NCBI GenBank assembly: GCA_051294375.1
Contig: JBJCIZ010001608.1
Location: forward strand, 1-10,545
DNA from: Paraspadella gotoi
Lineage: Eukaryota > Animalia > Chaetognatha
Direction: 5' to 3'
Length of the DNA: 10,545 nt
The notes beneath the pieces are model-generated. The model made no database searches. It saw nothing but the letters and a program-made list of their open reading frames with translations, and was not told where the DNA came from. The number at the start of each line of letters is the position of its first letter. Position 1 is the stretch's first letter. Made by a program: the position numbers and the translations under genes. Shown here piece after piece: positions 8,849 to 10,545 of the stretch.

Positions 8849-8895
8849 AAGAGAGAGAGAAAGATGAGAGACAGGGATCGAAAGAGGAGGAGAGA
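8770..8895. repeat. (GA)n microsatellite, imperfect
   Basis: Long gagaga tract with occasional interruptions. Confidence 0.95.
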
Positions 8896-8981
8896 AATAT
8901 AGATTTTTATGGACTCACAAGTTCCGTTCTTTTTTCTGGCCATTTTTTTTTGGAAAATCTCTTTTAAAGCGGAGCGAAGGG

Positions 8982-9013
8982 CGACGTGCGGACGGACGAC
9001 GACGGGACGACGG
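8982..9013. repeat. Degenerate (GAC)n/(GACG)n repeat
   Basis: cgacgtgcggacggacgacgacgggacgacgg read directly. Confidence 0.7.
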
Positions 9014-9419
9014 AGGTAATAAGTTTGGTTAAGTTTTAATTTTAAAAATTTAAATTTGGAGAAAAGATGAAAAAAGCCTGGGACTAACCAACCAAATAAT
9101 TTTATTCCATTATGGTGAAATGCGAGGTCTCTTGGTAGAATAGAGCAAAATATACCAACAAAGGATAAATTTTCTGCCTTTGCATTATTCTGCTAAAACT
9201 ACAAAAAATATAATTAAAAAACTAAAGGAATGTCAAGCGAATTATTTCCTGCAATGGATCCAGTTATTCCACCTTCCAAGTTCTGGTGGCGTGCAGAAAC
9301 ACGCGACAAAGAAATATCTTCGATGTTTCATGGTTTGGTCTGTTGTTTTTCCAAACATAGCAATTTGTTGTCTCTCTCGTGTGATGTAATTTCATTCTTG
9401 TTAGTTGAAAAAAATCGAT

Positions 9420-9517
9420 GAAAGAATAAGAGAGAAAAAAAAAGAAAAGAGAAAAAGGATAAAAAGTCGAAAAAAAAAAGAAAAAGATAACAAAAGAGAA
9501 AAGAGAAAGAGAACAAA
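9420..9517. repeat. A/G-rich low-complexity tract
   Basis: Mostly A runs interrupted by G; it generates the F/L/S-rich ORF 9328..9516. Confidence 0.8.
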
Positions 9518-10006
9518 ATATAGAAGCTAAAATTTAATGTGATTGAGAAATTGGTGACAACAAATTATAAAAATTATCTAAATCATATACTAAATTGAGT
9601 TATCTTGGCCCTTGACTTTGGACACGCTTTGGTGGTTTAAGGCATCCATCACTCTTGACAAAGAAATGACATAGCACAGTCCTTGCAAAGGACTTTCAAT
9701 CAAGACTCTCTCACAGTCTTATTGATTGTCAACTCCCAGATACCTGGCTTCCTTATCAATGAAGTGGTCATAATAATTTCAAAGTATGTTTAAATTAAGT
9801 ATGAGGAGAACCGCACGTCCTTGGGATATGTAATAGGTCCAAATTGAGCGGCCTAGTATAATACAATGCTCTCATATTTGCTGAATAAATCTGCAACGGT
9901 CATTCATGACATTGAGTGATATGCAATAAATACATTGAAAGGGACAAACGAACTGCGGGGTGAGGAAGTGCCATGGAGATTATGTCGAGTAATATGCAGA
10001 AACGTC

Positions 10007-10086
10007 CTCTCTCTCTCCCATCACTTCCTCTCGTTCTCTCTCACTCTCTCGATCTCTCTCCCTCCTCTCTCGTCTCTCTCTCTCTC
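10007..10086. repeat. Degenerate (CT)n microsatellite
   Basis: Interrupted ctctct tract read directly. Confidence 0.9.
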
Positions 10087-10258
10087 ATCCTATTCCCTGC
10101 ATTTCTCGGCCTCCTTTATTATTCTCTGGCTTCGCGCCAAATGACCTTAGATTCATTGTTTGCAAGCGCCCGATTCTTTAATTCCCGACATGCCGACTTG
10201 TTCTCATATTTGTTTTCTTTGGCGACGTAGAATCATCTTCTCATGGTCATTCTAACAG

Positions 10259-10391
10259 GGATTTTGCGCACTCGACGGAGAACCCGACTAACAGCGGCGA
10301 TGGCTTCTCTTCTCATTTGTGTGTCTACAATTCGGAATCTGGTCACCTCGTCGCTATTTTGAAGCAAGATTCCGGTATCTATTACATGGAT
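10259..10391 (+). CDS. Candidate exon or retroelement remnant (DFAHSTENPTNSGDGFSSHLCVYNSESGHLVAILKQDSGIYYMD)
   Basis: Lies in a stop-free frame 10182..10469 (95 codons) absent from the ORF track. Possible acceptor ttctaacag|G and weak donor GAT|gtattt. The peptide looks protein-like but is not identified. Confidence 0.3.
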
Positions 10392-10496
10392 GTATTTATA
10401 AAAATTAAAAGCTGGCGCAAGAGAGCCTTTTGTTTTGGTGACCTATTGGCCATTGTTTATCTCGAATAATGTTTCATGAAAACTGCCAAAGAGTAA

Positions 10497-10545
10497 AGGC
10501 AGTGTCCTAGAAAAGCCTTTGGTCAGAAAGTGAAACTGAATCTCG
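10497..10545. mobile_element. Terminus of a second element related to the 1789-2116 MITE, running off the window edge
   Basis: TAA|AGGCAGTGTCCTAGAAAAGCCTTT matches TTA|GGGCAGTGTCTACGAAAAGCCTTT (1789-1812) at 20 of 24 positions ungapped, and both follow a TWA trinucleotide. Confidence 0.5.

Noticed and set aside
8209-8943. ORFs with SLSLSL or RERERE tracts, including the longest ORF (137 aa)
   Set aside because: Their openness comes from (CT)n/(GA)n microsatellites.
9678-9725. Two small adjacent hairpins (AGTCCTT/AAGGACT and TCAAT-AAGACT/AGTCTT-ATTGA); similar short stems near 4350 and 5467
   Set aside because: Short or AT-rich stems within chance expectation, with no terminator or Helitron end context.

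Overview
This looks like AT-rich eukaryotic DNA (probably invertebrate-type) and is mostly non-coding. I see no recognisable complete gene, operon, rRNA, tRNA or CRISPR array, and nearly all ORFs in the supplied track derive from microsatellite, homopolymer or AT-rich sequence. What I can support: (GA/CT)n and (GAAT)n simple repeats; a probable non-autonomous DNA transposon (MITE) at 1789-2116, with a second copy of its terminus at 10497-10520; two strong inverted repeats (3039-3082, 4685-4705); and several short GC-rich exon-like blocks with canonical splice signals, best on the minus strand (8115-8179, 7640-7674, 5046-5138). A ~1.85 kb homopolymer-inflated block (5600-7456) looks like low-quality sequence and contains a garbled lacZ-alpha/M13-like trace. 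I found no convincing novel biological system. The most unusual leads are speculative: a TGA-free frame at 1-1209, possible alternative last exons or readthrough, and a split TIR.
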